Shown piece by piece: positions 55,479-64,000 of a DNA stretch of 64,000 bases (positions within the stretch are counted from its first letter, which is position 1; each line of letters starts with the position of its first letter). The notes below the pieces were generated by a model. That model had not been told where the DNA came from and made no database searches. It saw only the letters and a list, made by a program, of their open reading frames with translations. The translations under genes were made by a program, and so were the position numbers. Origin of the DNA: an uncultured Alphaproteobacteria bacterium. GTDB taxonomy: Bacteria; Pseudomonadota; Alphaproteobacteria; Methylaequorales; Methylaequoraceae. The stretch covers positions 17,534 to 81,533 of the forward strand of contig CABZMK010000002.1 of the NCBI GenBank assembly GCA_902526865.1, written 5' to 3'.

Positions 55479-57041
55479 ATGTCTAGTCATGCCCCATCTT
55501 TTTTTAAAAGATACTTTTTTTCAACCAACCATAAAGACATCGGCGTTCTTTATCTTATCTTCGCTATAATTGCTGGCCTTATTGGCGGTATATTTTCTCT
55601 TCTAATAAGGATGGAATTAGCTGAACCTGGTATGCAAATTCTCGGCGACGATTATCAAAGATATAATGTTTGGATTACAGCGCATGGCCTTCTAATGATA
55701 TTTTTTATGATTATGCCAGCTATGGTGGGCGGTTTTGGAAATTATTTCGTTCCTCTACTTATTGGCGCACCTGATATGGCCTTTCCAAGGATGAATAATT
55801 TAAGTTTTTGGCTTCTTCCACCATCTATTATTTTACTTATTGGCTCTGCTTTTGTAGGTGATGGCGCAGGCCCCGGTTGGACGCTTTACGCTCCTCTGTC
55901 TACAAGTGGACATGGAGGTCCAGCAGTTGATATGGCAATTCTATCAATGCATTTAGCTGGAGCTTCTTCAATTTTAGGTGCAATAAATTTTATAACAACA
56001 ATATTTAATATGCGCGCACCCGGAATGACAATGCATAAAATGCCACTGTTCGCCTGGTCAATTTTGATAACAGCTTTTCTATTATTGCTCTCACTCCCAG
56101 TTTTAGCAGGTGCAATCACCATGATGCTTACTGATAGAAATTTCGGAACTGCATTCTTTAATGCTGAAATGGGCGGTGATCCAATCCTTTTCCAGCATTT
56201 ATTCTGGTTTTTTGGTCATCCAGAGGTTTATATTTTAATTCTTCCTGGCTTTGGTATTATTAGTCATGTTGTTTCAACTTTCTCTAAAAAACCTATTTTT
56301 GGTTATCTTGGAATGGCTTACGCGATGGCTGCTATCGGAGTTGTTGGTTTTGTTGTTTGGGCACACCACATGTACACAACCGGTTTGGACGTAGATACTA
56401 GAGCTTATTTTCTTGCCGCAACAATGGTGATCGCCGTTCCCACCGGTATTAAAATCTTCAGCTGGATTGCTACTATGTGGGGTGGATCGATCGAGTTTAA
56501 AACTCCAATGTTATTTGCAATTGCAATGATATTTCTATTTACACTCGGAGGCGTAACAGGTGTAGTTCTTGCGAATACTGGCATTGATGTTGCACTTCAC
56601 GATACATATTATGTAGTTGCACACTTTCATTATGTAATGTCTATGGGTGCGCTATTCTCAATTTATTCAGGCTTTTATTATTGGTTTAGCAAAATGTCAG
56701 GCATTGAATACAGTGAAGTACTTGGTAAAATCCATTTTTGGTTAACATTTATAGGTGTAAATATCACATTTTTTCCTATGCACTTTTCAGGTTTAGCTGG
56801 TATGCCACGAAGAATACCCGATTATCCTGATGCTTTCGCTGGTTGGAACTATATATCAAGCATTGGTGCTTACATATCGGTTTTTGCTGCTTTTTTCTTT
56901 GTTTTCGTAATATTAGAAGCATACATGAGATCGCGAAAAGCGCAAAAAAATCCATGGGGTAAGGGAGCTACTACTTTCGAATGGCAATTGAGTTCTCCTC
57001 CACCGTTCCATTCATTTGACGATTTGCCGAAAGTAAAGTAA
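55479..57041 (+). CDS. ctaD: Cytochrome c oxidase subunit I
   Basis: Contains [22 protein letters not shown] and twelve transmembrane segments. Confidence 0.97.
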   Translation: MSSHAPSFFKRYFFSTNHKDIGVLYLIFAIIAGLIGGIFSLLIRMELAEPGMQILGDDYQRYNVWITAHGLLMIFFMIMPAMVGGFGNYFVPLLIGAPDMAFPRMNNLSFWLLPPSIILLIGSAFVGDGAGPGWTLYAPLSTSGHGGPAVDMAILSMHLAGASSILGAINFITTIFNMRAPGMTMHKMPLFAWSILITAFLLLLSLPVLAGAITMMLTDRNFGTAFFNAEMGGDPILFQHLFWFFGHPEVYILILPGFGIISHVVSTFSKKPIFGYLGMAYAMAAIGVVGFVVWAHHMYTTGLDVDTRAYFLAATMVIAVPTGIKIFSWIATMWGGSIEFKTPMLFAIAMIFLFTLGGVTGVVLANTGIDVALHDTYYVVAHFHYVMSMGALFSIYSGFYYWFSKMSGIEYSEVLGKIHFWLTFIGVNITFFPMHFSGLAGMPRRIPDYPDAFAGWNYISSIGAYISVFAAFFFVFVILEAYMRSRKAQKNPWGKGATTFEWQLSSPPPFHSFDDLPKVK

Positions 57042-57065
57042 GTTACTGTCAACAAAGAGGAGAAT

Positions 57066-57980
57066 GTGTTGCAGTCCAAATCGCTGAAATATAACGCTCA
57101 AATACTGGGTTCAAATGATAGTTCAGTTAGTGATTTTTTCTCCTTGCTAAAACCCAGAGTAATGACACTTGCTGTATTTACATCAATTTGTGGCGTAATA
57201 CTTGCTCCACAAAGCATACATCCTTACTTTTTTTTCATTTCAATTCTTTGTATATCAATAGGAGCAGGTGCATCTGGTGCTATAAATATGTGGTATGACA
57301 GAGATATCGACTCTTTAATGGAGAGAACAAAAAAAAGACCAATTCCAATTGGAAAAGTTGAACCTCTAGACGCATTGGGTTTCGGAGTTGTGTTGTCAGT
57401 TATTTCGACAATTGTTTTAGGTCTTGCTGTAAACTACAAAGCAGCTTTCTTATTAGCTTTTTCGATTTTTTTTTACATATTTGTATACACTGTATGGCTT
57501 AAAAGAAGAACTTCTCAAAATATTGTAATTGGAGGTGCAGCGGGAGCTTTCCCTCCAGTAATTGGTTGGGTTTGCTCAGCCAATGATATTGGTTTCTTTC
57601 CTGTCTTGTTATTTTGCATTATATTCTTTTGGACTCCGCCACATTTTTGGGCACTAGCACTGTATAAAGATATAGAATATTCTAAAGCTAACGTTCCGAT
57701 GCTCCCAGTTGTTAAGGGAAAAAGAGTAACTAAAAATCAGATCATGATATATGCTATTTTTTTGTTTTTAGTTTCACTTTTGCCATACATATTAAGTTAT
57801 TCAGGGCTATTTTATCTTAGCTCTGCTCTGATCTTAAACATTTATTTTTGCTATTTATCTTTTAGATTACTAAGGAGTAAAGATTCGAAACACTCTGGTT
57901 TTGCACCAAAACTATTCAAATTTTCAATTTTATATTTATATTTGATGTTTTCTTCGCTTGTTGTTGATTCACTATTTTAA
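57066..57980 (+). CDS. ctaB: Protoheme IX farnesyltransferase (heme O synthase)
   Basis: UbiA-family motifs NMWYDRDIDSLMERTKKRP. It starts at a GTG or TTG preceded by GAGGAG. Confidence 0.93.
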   Translation: MLQSKSLKYNAQILGSNDSSVSDFFSLLKPRVMTLAVFTSICGVILAPQSIHPYFFFISILCISIGAGASGAINMWYDRDIDSLMERTKKRPIPIGKVEPLDALGFGVVLSVISTIVLGLAVNYKAAFLLAFSIFFYIFVYTVWLKRRTSQNIVIGGAAGAFPPVIGWVCSANDIGFFPVLLFCIIFFWTPPHFWALALYKDIEYSKANVPMLPVVKGKRVTKNQIMIYAIFLFLVSLLPYILSYSGLFYLSSALILNIYFCYLSFRLLRSKDSKHSGFAPKLFKFSILYLYLMFSSLVVDSLF

Positions 57981-58069
57981 TGAAAAAAAATAAAAAAAAT
58001 ATAGCGTTAGGACTGGCTTTGTTTTTGTTAGCCACCATATTTTATTTTATAACAGTTTTTAAATTTTAA
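57980..58069 (+). CDS. Small (29 aa) single-pass membrane protein between ctaB and ctaG (CoxF-like position)
   Basis: Below the ORF-track size cut-off. My translation is MKKNKKNIALGLALFLLATIFYFITVFKF. The ATG overlaps the ctaB stop (TAATG), and its own stop lies 1 nt before the ctaG ATG. Confidence 0.45.
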   Translation: MKKNKKNIALGLALFLLATIFYFITVFKF

Positions 58070-58070
58070 T

Positions 58071-58610
58071 ATGATAGCAAGAAATCAAAATAAAAAAGTT
58101 AAACAAGCTTTTTACCTATTGGCATTTGCTCTTGGGATGTTGGCAATGAGTTACGCAGCAGTCCCGCTCTATAAAATTTTTTGTAAAGTTACAGGGTACG
58201 GAGGGACTCCTCAGATCTCGTCTGAGAACGACAGTTATAAAATTAAAGAAAAAATTGATGTTAGGTTCGACTCTACCATTGATAGAAATTCTGTTATTTC
58301 TTTTAAACCAGAGGTTAAAAAGATCGAAGTTCAGATTGGTGAAAACAGTCTAGCTTTTTTTAAGGCAAAAAATAATTCTGATAAACCCATTACAACCATG
58401 TCAGTTTTCAATGTTAGTCCTTTACAGGCTGGACAATATTTTAATAAAATTGAGTGTTTTTGCTTTGAAGAACAAGTTTTATCTGCAAATGAAGAGGTCA
58501 GTATGCCCGTATCTTTTTTTGTTGACGCTTCAATTAAAGATGATAAATTTATCAAAGATTTGCAGGAAATAACCCTCTCATATACGATGTATGTAAGAAA
58601 AAATGAGTGA
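58071..58610 (+). CDS. ctaG: Cytochrome c oxidase assembly protein CtaG/Cox11
   Basis: Contains the copper-binding motif CFCFEEQ and an N-terminal transmembrane anchor. Confidence 0.92.
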   Translation: MIARNQNKKVKQAFYLLAFALGMLAMSYAAVPLYKIFCKVTGYGGTPQISSENDSYKIKEKIDVRFDSTIDRNSVISFKPEVKKIEVQIGENSLAFFKAKNNSDKPITTMSVFNVSPLQAGQYFNKIECFCFEEQVLSANEEVSMPVSFFVDASIKDDKFIKDLQEITLSYTMYVRKNE

Positions 58611-59427
58611 TAATAATCAGAAACATCCCTATCATCTAGTTGACCCTAGTCCTTGGCCACTTGTCACTTCGTTTTCAGCTTTAATAATGGCGATAGGGTT
58701 TATATTACTTATGCACGATGGTAAAACTTTGGTATTTACAATAGGATCTATAGCAGTTGTTTTATCTAGTATTCTCTGGTGGAGAGATGTCGTTTCCGAG
58801 TCAGAAGGTGGTGGATATCACAACAATGTTGTCCAAATTGGACTTAGATACGGCATGATACTTTTCATAATGTCAGAGGTCATGTTTTTCGCCGCTTGGT
58901 TTTGGGCATTTTTTGATGTTGCATTTTATCCCGGCTCTGAAAGCCCTGAGCTCATAGGTAGACAAGATTCTATAGGTGGTGCATTTCCTCCTGAAGATAT
59001 AGAATTAATTTCGCCTTTTGGCGTACCATTGTTAAACACTTTTATCTTGCTAGCCTCTGGTGGAACCATAACTTGGGCTCATCATGCACTAAGGTCCAAC
59101 GATAGAAAAAACTTTTTGCTATTTTTATTGTTGACTATTATTTTAGGTATTATTTTTACTGGATTTCAAGCCTACGAATACAAAGTTGCAACTTTTGGAA
59201 TTGAGGACGGTATTTACCCATCAACTTTTTATATGGCTACTGGATTTCATGGCTTTCATGTTATTGTTGGTTCAATCTTTTTATTAGTATGTTACATCAG
59301 AGCTTTAAAAGGTCATTTTACGCCTAAAAAACATTTAGGTTTTGAATTCGCTGCTTGGTATTGGCATTTTGTAGATGTTGTCTGGTTGTTTCTATTCACA
59401 TTTATTTATTGGTGGGCTGCCGCATAA
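58603..59427 (+). CDS. coxC: Cytochrome c oxidase subunit III
   Basis: Contains HPYHLVDPSPWP and seven transmembrane segments. Confidence 0.95.
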   Translation: MSDNNQKHPYHLVDPSPWPLVTSFSALIMAIGFILLMHDGKTLVFTIGSIAVVLSSILWWRDVVSESEGGGYHNNVVQIGLRYGMILFIMSEVMFFAAWFWAFFDVAFYPGSESPELIGRQDSIGGAFPPEDIELISPFGVPLLNTFILLASGGTITWAHHALRSNDRKNFLLFLLLTIILGIIFTGFQAYEYKVATFGIEDGIYPSTFYMATGFHGFHVIVGSIFLLVCYIRALKGHFTPKKHLGFEFAAWYWHFVDVVWLFLFTFIYWWAAA

Positions 59428-59433
59428 ACAAGA

Positions 59434-60153
59434 ATGGAATTCAATTTTAATTCAAATAGTTACTCTTTCAAACCACGACCATTTCCTCTATTTGCTTTCA
59501 TTGTTGCCCTATCGATTCTACTCGGTCTTTCAGGATGGCAGATAAAAAGACTTAATTGGAAAACCGACTTGATTTCACAAAGAATTAAAAGCTTTGAGTC
59601 CGATCCAATTAGTTTCGTAAATTTGAACCAACCTGAAAAGAATGAATTTAGGAAAGTTTTTGTTGATGGTCAGCTATTAAATGAATTCGAAATGTATATG
59701 CCGGCACTAAGTAAAAGAGGTAACAATGGTTTTCATGTTTTAGTACCATTAAAAACAGCTTCAGGAAAGTTCATTGTATATGACACCGGTTGGATTCCTC
59801 TCAAAATAAAAGAAAAGCAAAAAAGGTTGCTTAATATTTCAAAAAATTCACAAACTTTTGAAGCTGTAATTAGAACATCGGGAAGAAAAGGATATTTTCA
59901 ACCCGACAATGATACTGACACAAACACTTGGTTCTTTGTTGAACCAGAATTAATGAGCGAATACCTTAAAATGAATTTTGAAAATAAATATTATCTAGAA
60001 GCAGTTAAAAATGGACCTAACGGATTCCCATTAGGTAATCAAACACGAATATATTTACGAAACACACATTTACAGTACGCACTCACGTGGTTTATGATTG
60101 CATGCGGTCTTGTAGGTGTGTTCTTTTTTGCGAATATAAAAAAAATTAAATAA
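59434..60153 (+). CDS. SURF1 family cytochrome oxidase biogenesis protein
   Basis: Has two terminal transmembrane segments and the motifs GWQIKRLNWK and HLQYALTWF. Confidence 0.85.
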   Translation: MEFNFNSNSYSFKPRPFPLFAFIVALSILLGLSGWQIKRLNWKTDLISQRIKSFESDPISFVNLNQPEKNEFRKVFVDGQLLNEFEMYMPALSKRGNNGFHVLVPLKTASGKFIVYDTGWIPLKIKEKQKRLLNISKNSQTFEAVIRTSGRKGYFQPDNDTDTNTWFFVEPELMSEYLKMNFENKYYLEAVKNGPNGFPLGNQTRIYLRNTHLQYALTWFMIACGLVGVFFFANIKKIK

Positions 60154-60155
60154 AC

Positions 60156-61538
60156 ATGATTTATTCATCAACTAGAGGAAGTGATATAAACTTAAAGTTT
60201 GGTGACGTGCTTTTAAACGGATTAGCCAAGGATGGTGGTTTATACGTCCCAAATAGCATTAAATCATACTCAAAGGAAGAACTAGATTCTCTAAGAGAAT
60301 TGGATTATTCAAGTTTGGCATTTGAATTAACGAAAGATTTTGTACTAGGGGAGATTTCAGTAAATGAATATAAAAAGATTTGTATTAATTCATATAAAAG
60401 GTCATTTGGAGAAGAAATAATATCATTTGATAAGCTAGATCAGCATAAATACATTGCAAATCTTTTTAATGGTCCAACTTATGCATTCAAAGATTTTGCG
60501 TTACAATTATTAGGCAATATATATGACTACGTATTAAAAAAAAGAAAAATAAAACTTACTATTCTTGGCGCAACATCAGGAGATACAGGTTCGGCAGCTA
60601 TTCATGGATGTGCGAAATCTAATAATGTGAAAATTTTTATTTTATTTCCATTAAACAGAGTTAGTGAAATTCAGAGAAAACAAATGACCACAGTAAAAAA
60701 AAAAAACGTTGTCAATATAGCAGTGAAAGGAAATTTTGATGATTGCCAAAGGATGGTAAAAAATTACTTTAAATTAAATAATGAAACTAAGAAAATTAAT
60801 TTAGCTGCTGTTAATTCAATAAATTGGGTAAGAATAATGGGACAAATTGTTTACTACTTCTGGAGTTATTTCAGAGTGAGTAATAGATTTGATCCTATGA
60901 ATTTCGTTGTCCCTTCAGGAAATTTTGGAAATGCTTATGCTGGATATATAAGTAAGAAAATGGGCTTGCCTATTAAAAAGATTATTATTGGTTCAAACAA
61001 AAATGATATTCTTACTCGGTTTTTTAAAACTGGAAAAATGAAAATTAAAAAAACATTGACCTCTTTAAGCCCAAGTATGGACATCCAGGTTTCAAGTAAT
61101 TTTGAAAGACTTTTATTTGATTTTTATGAAAATGGTAAGATGATAGAAAAACTTTTTTATAAATTAGAAAATGCAAAAGAATTTTCAGTAGCACAAACGC
61201 ATTTAATAAATATGAGGAAAACCTTTGGTTATGGAAGACTATCAGATAATGAAACAAAAAAAAAAATTAATCAAATCTTTGAGAGATATAAACTGATCGT
61301 TGATCCTCACACAGCTGTTGGTCTTTCAGTTGGAGAAAAACAACTTGATAAAAAGGAAAGAAGAATATATTTGGCTACAGCTCACTACAGTAAATTTATC
61401 AAAACAGTAAAAGAATCAATCAAAAAAAAGATTGATTATCCTGATAAATTTAAAAAAATTTTAAAAAAAAAAGAAAAGTTTGAAATTATTGAAAATGACA
61501 TAGTTCAATTAGACAAATTAATTGTTAAACAGAACTAG
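60156..61538 (+). CDS. thrC: Threonine synthase
   Basis: Contains the PLP-lysine motif PTYAFKDFALQ and SGNFGN. Confidence 0.93.
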   Translation: MIYSSTRGSDINLKFGDVLLNGLAKDGGLYVPNSIKSYSKEELDSLRELDYSSLAFELTKDFVLGEISVNEYKKICINSYKRSFGEEIISFDKLDQHKYIANLFNGPTYAFKDFALQLLGNIYDYVLKKRKIKLTILGATSGDTGSAAIHGCAKSNNVKIFILFPLNRVSEIQRKQMTTVKKKNVVNIAVKGNFDDCQRMVKNYFKLNNETKKINLAAVNSINWVRIMGQIVYYFWSYFRVSNRFDPMNFVVPSGNFGNAYAGYISKKMGLPIKKIIIGSNKNDILTRFFKTGKMKIKKTLTSLSPSMDIQVSSNFERLLFDFYENGKMIEKLFYKLENAKEFSVAQTHLINMRKTFGYGRLSDNETKKKINQIFERYKLIVDPHTAVGLSVGEKQLDKKERRIYLATAHYSKFIKTVKESIKKKIDYPDKFKKILKKKEKFEIIENDIVQLDKLIVKQN

Positions 61539-61541
61539 AAT

Positions 61542-62108
61542 TTATGCATTACCGAAGAAGTTTGTAAGTTTTGAAAAATCAATTCCAGTTTTTTGTAGGG
61601 CGTTTTTCCACTTCTTTTCTGGATCAATTTCAAAAAGAAGGTCTAATTCCTCATTTAAATTTATCCAGCTATTCTGTTTTATTTCATTCTCTAGCTGACC
61701 TGGCCCCCATCCAGAATAACCAAGTGAGATAAAAAATTGTTTAGGTCCTTTGTTTTGTGCAATATCCGAAATTATTTCAGTTGAACAAGTTAATCTAACT
61801 TGTTTAGAAACCTTCATTGTATTTTTACTTTCATAATCCTTTGAATGTAATATAAATCCGTTATTCTGATTAAGTGGACCGCCTACATGAAATAGAAACT
61901 CAGTTTCCAAATTTTTTGAAACATTCCCAATATTTAATTTCTTAAAAAGTTCTGCTGCTTTGATAGTCATTATCTTGTAGTTAAGTACAATTCCAACTGC
62001 TCCATCTTTATTATGATGAGTAAGGTAAATAATACTTTTAGAAAAAAAAATATCGTTTAATTGGGGCAAAGCACAAATAATATTTCCCTTTAAATATCTG
62101 TATTTCAT
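61542..62108 (-). CDS. YqgE/AlgH family protein (UPF0301)
   Basis: 188 aa with FFSKSIIYLTHHNKDGAVGIVLN...GGPL...GFILH...GYSGWGPGQLE. Confidence 0.85.
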   Translation of the reverse strand: MKYRYLKGNIICALPQLNDIFFSKSIIYLTHHNKDGAVGIVLNYKIMTIKAAELFKKLNIGNVSKNLETEFLFHVGGPLNQNNGFILHSKDYESKNTMKVSKQVRLTCSTEIISDIAQNKGPKQFFISLGYSGWGPGQLENEIKQNSWINLNEELDLLFEIDPEKKWKNALQKTGIDFSKLTNFFGNA

Positions 62109-62155
62109 ATATAAATTATTACAGATATTGTATTTTAATTCAATTAGTAAGACCT

Positions 62156-64000
62156 ATGTTTATAAATTTTTTTAAAATTATATTTTTATTACTTGCAAAT
62201 TTAACTTTCGCTCAAGATTTTAATGTTAAAAATAATCCTGCTTTAGTTAGTATAATTCCATCTAATGGAATATTTATAGTTGATGAAAATTATTTTTTTG
62301 GTGTAAAGATAGAACTTAAGAAGGGATGGAAAACATACTGGAAAAATCCAGGAGATGCAGGTGCTCCAATTACAATTGGATCAAAAGATTCTTCTAATGG
62401 AGATAAATTTAAAGTTTTATTCCCTTTTCCTGAAAAATTCACAGATCATGGTGTTTCAACAATAGGTTATGAAGGCCAAGTAATATTTCCAGTAAGAGTT
62501 CAGAAAAATGAAATTGATAAAATAAATGAGGAAATTAATTTAGATTATCTTGTTTGTAAAGATATTTGCATACCAATTTCAGAAACAAGAAATTTAAACC
62601 TTAATCTTCAGAATGTAGTTCAGTCTGATATATTTATGGAGAGTTATAAAACAGTTCCAAAAAGAAAATCGAATTATTTTAATATTGATGAAAATATTGT
62701 TTCAAGTGAAAAAATAAGTATTGAACTTATTAATAACGATGAATTTGAAAATATTGAATTATTTGCCCACGCTGAAGATACAAATCTCAAAGTTAAAAAA
62801 CTTAAATCATCTTTCGAAGTTCTTCTTGACAATAATATAGGATCTTTGAGTGGACCTATAGATTTTTCTATTTCAAACGGGAATGTTTACGAAGAAATTT
62901 CTTTTGATTTCAATAAAAAACCAAAACAGACCCAAATCATTTATTTTATAATTCTAGCTTTTCTTGGTGGCTTAATATTAAACTTCATGCCATGTGTTCT
63001 TCCAATCCTTTCTTTAAAGCTTTATTCGTTTTTAAGTTTAGCTAAGGATGACGATAATAAAATCAGGTTTGATTGTTCCCTAACTATCGCTGGAATAGTT
63101 ACTTCATTTCTTGTTTTAGCTATCACAGTAATTTTTTTAAAAACGTTTGGTGAGACAGTCGGATGGGGCTTTCATTTTCAAAACCAGTTTTTTTTAATCT
63201 TCATCTTAGTTTTAATATTGATTTTTAGTTTGAATCTACTCGGATTCTTTGAAATTATTTTGCCACAAAATGCCTTGTATAAAATTAATAATTTTTTAGA
63301 CACTAATAGTAAAAGTGGTCACTATTTTTCAGGAGTATTTGCAACTCTTTTAGCTACACCTTGCAGTGCCCCTTTTTTAGGAACAGCAGTTGGTTTTTCA
63401 ATGGGATCATCAAATCAAAATATTGTAATAATATTTTTGAGCATTGCGCTTGGTTTTTCATTTCCGTATTTATGTTTTATTATTATACCAAAGATAGTTA
63501 AGCTGTTGCCTAAGCCTGGAGGATGGATGCATAATTTAAAATATTTCCTAGGACTATTAATGTTATTATCTTTTGTATGGATTTCTAATCTCTTCAAAAT
63601 AAACTACTTATTAATATTCTTATTTACATCATTAATCTTAATTTTTACTTGTCTCAAAAATAAAAGTAAATTTACCATGATTACATCTTTACTGTTTGTC
63701 ATCACAAATATCTTTTTTTTCTCTGAAAAGATGAGTCTACACAAGAATAAATTGATATGGGAAGATTATAACGACAAATCTTTAGAAAGTTATTTAAACG
63801 AAGATAGATTTGTTTTGGTAGACGTTACTGCAGACTGGTGCGTAACTTGTCAATTTAATAAGATAACAACTTTGAATACAAAAAACTTAGTTGATTTTCT
63901 TATTCAACATGAAGTTTTAGTTATAAGAGCAGACTGGACTAATAAAGACAAAGATATTTTTGATTTTATAAAAAAATATGACAGGTACGGTATACCAGTA
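62156..64000 (+). CDS. dsbD: Thiol:disulfide interchange protein, DsbD/ScsB family (partial; runs off the right edge)
   Basis: Not in the ORF track because there is no stop in the window. The ATG at 62156 gives a signal peptide MFINFFKIIFLLLANLTFAQ. Further motifs are GWKTYWKNPGDAGAP (N-terminal domain), the membrane-core Cys motif FMPCVLPIL, a second PCSAP motif, and the thioredoxin motif DWCVTC at the C-terminal end. Confidence 0.85.
   Translation, partial: MFINFFKIIFLLLANLTFAQDFNVKNNPALVSIIPSNGIFIVDENYFFGVKIELKKGWKTYWKNPGDAGAPITIGSKDSSNGDKFKVLFPFPEKFTDHGVSTIGYEGQVIFPVRVQKNEIDKINEEINLDYLVCKDICIPISETRNLNLNLQNVVQSDIFMESYKTVPKRKSNYFNIDENIVSSEKISIELINNDEFENIELFAHAEDTNLKVKKLKSSFEVLLDNNIGSLSGPIDFSISNGNVYEEISFDFNKKPKQTQIIYFIILAFLGGLILNFMPCVLPILSLKLYSFLSLAKDDDNKIRFDCSLTIAGIVTSFLVLAITVIFLKTFGETVGWGFHFQNQFFLIFILVLILIFSLNLLGFFEIILPQNALYKINNFLDTNSKSGHYFSGVFATLLATPCSAPFLGTAVGFSMGSSNQNIVIIFLSIALGFSFPYLCFIIIPKIVKLLPKPGGWMHNLKYFLGLLMLLSFVWISNLFKINYLLIFLFTSLILIFTCLKNKSKFTMITSLLFVITNIFFFSEKMSLHKNKLIWEDYNDKSLESYLNEDRFVLVDVTADWCVTCQFNKITTLNTKNLVDFLIQHEVLVIRADWTNKDKDIFDFIKKYDRYGIPV

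Noticed and set aside
1-64000. Search for CRISPR arrays, tRNA/rRNA genes, IS elements, prophage, toxin-antitoxin pairs or a defence island
   Set aside because: No spacer is longer than about 160 nt. The only repeat family is the 57-bp duplication in rpsP. There is no transposase or phage gene, and no small paired ORFs with toxin-antitoxin features. Every ORF longer than 60 aa that is not a shadow ORF has a housekeeping or conserved-hypothetical assignment. I cannot support a novel multi-gene system here.

Overview
The window is AT-rich (about 30% GC by eye) and very gene-dense. The gene content and synteny are alphaproteobacterial and look like a streamlined SAR11/Pelagibacterales-type genome. 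I call 68 protein-coding genes. By my coordinates only about 1.1-1.2 kb (about 2%) is non-coding, and no spacer exceeds about 160 bp. Many neighbouring genes share ATGA/TAATG start-stop overlaps.

Gene content is core housekeeping:
- Minus-strand block, 2105-20764: ffh-rpsP-rimM-trmD-rplS, leuCDB, asd, a double MaoC hydratase, sdhCDAB, zapE, nadA-nadC, mdh-sucCD and a GcvR-like ACT protein.
- 20886-36618: dapF-mtaB-ftsY, ribF-ileS-lspA, two lipoproteins, an M16 peptidase pair, pgi and mutL.
- 42899-49642: envelope cluster lpxK-waaA-DUF374-msbA plus an IMPase-family gene and pmbA.
- 54634-61538: aa3 cytochrome oxidase cluster coxB-ctaD-ctaB-(small ORF)-ctaG-coxC-SURF1, then thrC.
- Two CDSs run off the window edges and are missing from the ORF track: priA (1-473, minus) and a DsbD-family reductase (62156-64000, plus).

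I found no rRNA, tRNA, CRISPR array, transposase, prophage or recognisable defence/toxin island, and no convincing multi-gene novel system.

Observations most worth a second look:
1. An orphan terminator-like GC-rich hairpin in the ffh leader. None of the eight convergent gene junctions has room for a terminator.
2. A conserved RimM N-terminus that sits upstream of the first ATG with no canonical start codon.
3. A 57-bp tandem duplication in a long S16 tail.
4. An untracked 29-codon membrane ORF between ctaB and ctaG.
5. A Q/N/P/Y-rich lipoprotein in the lspA-M16 cluster.
6. A double-hotdog hydratase translationally coupled to sdhC.
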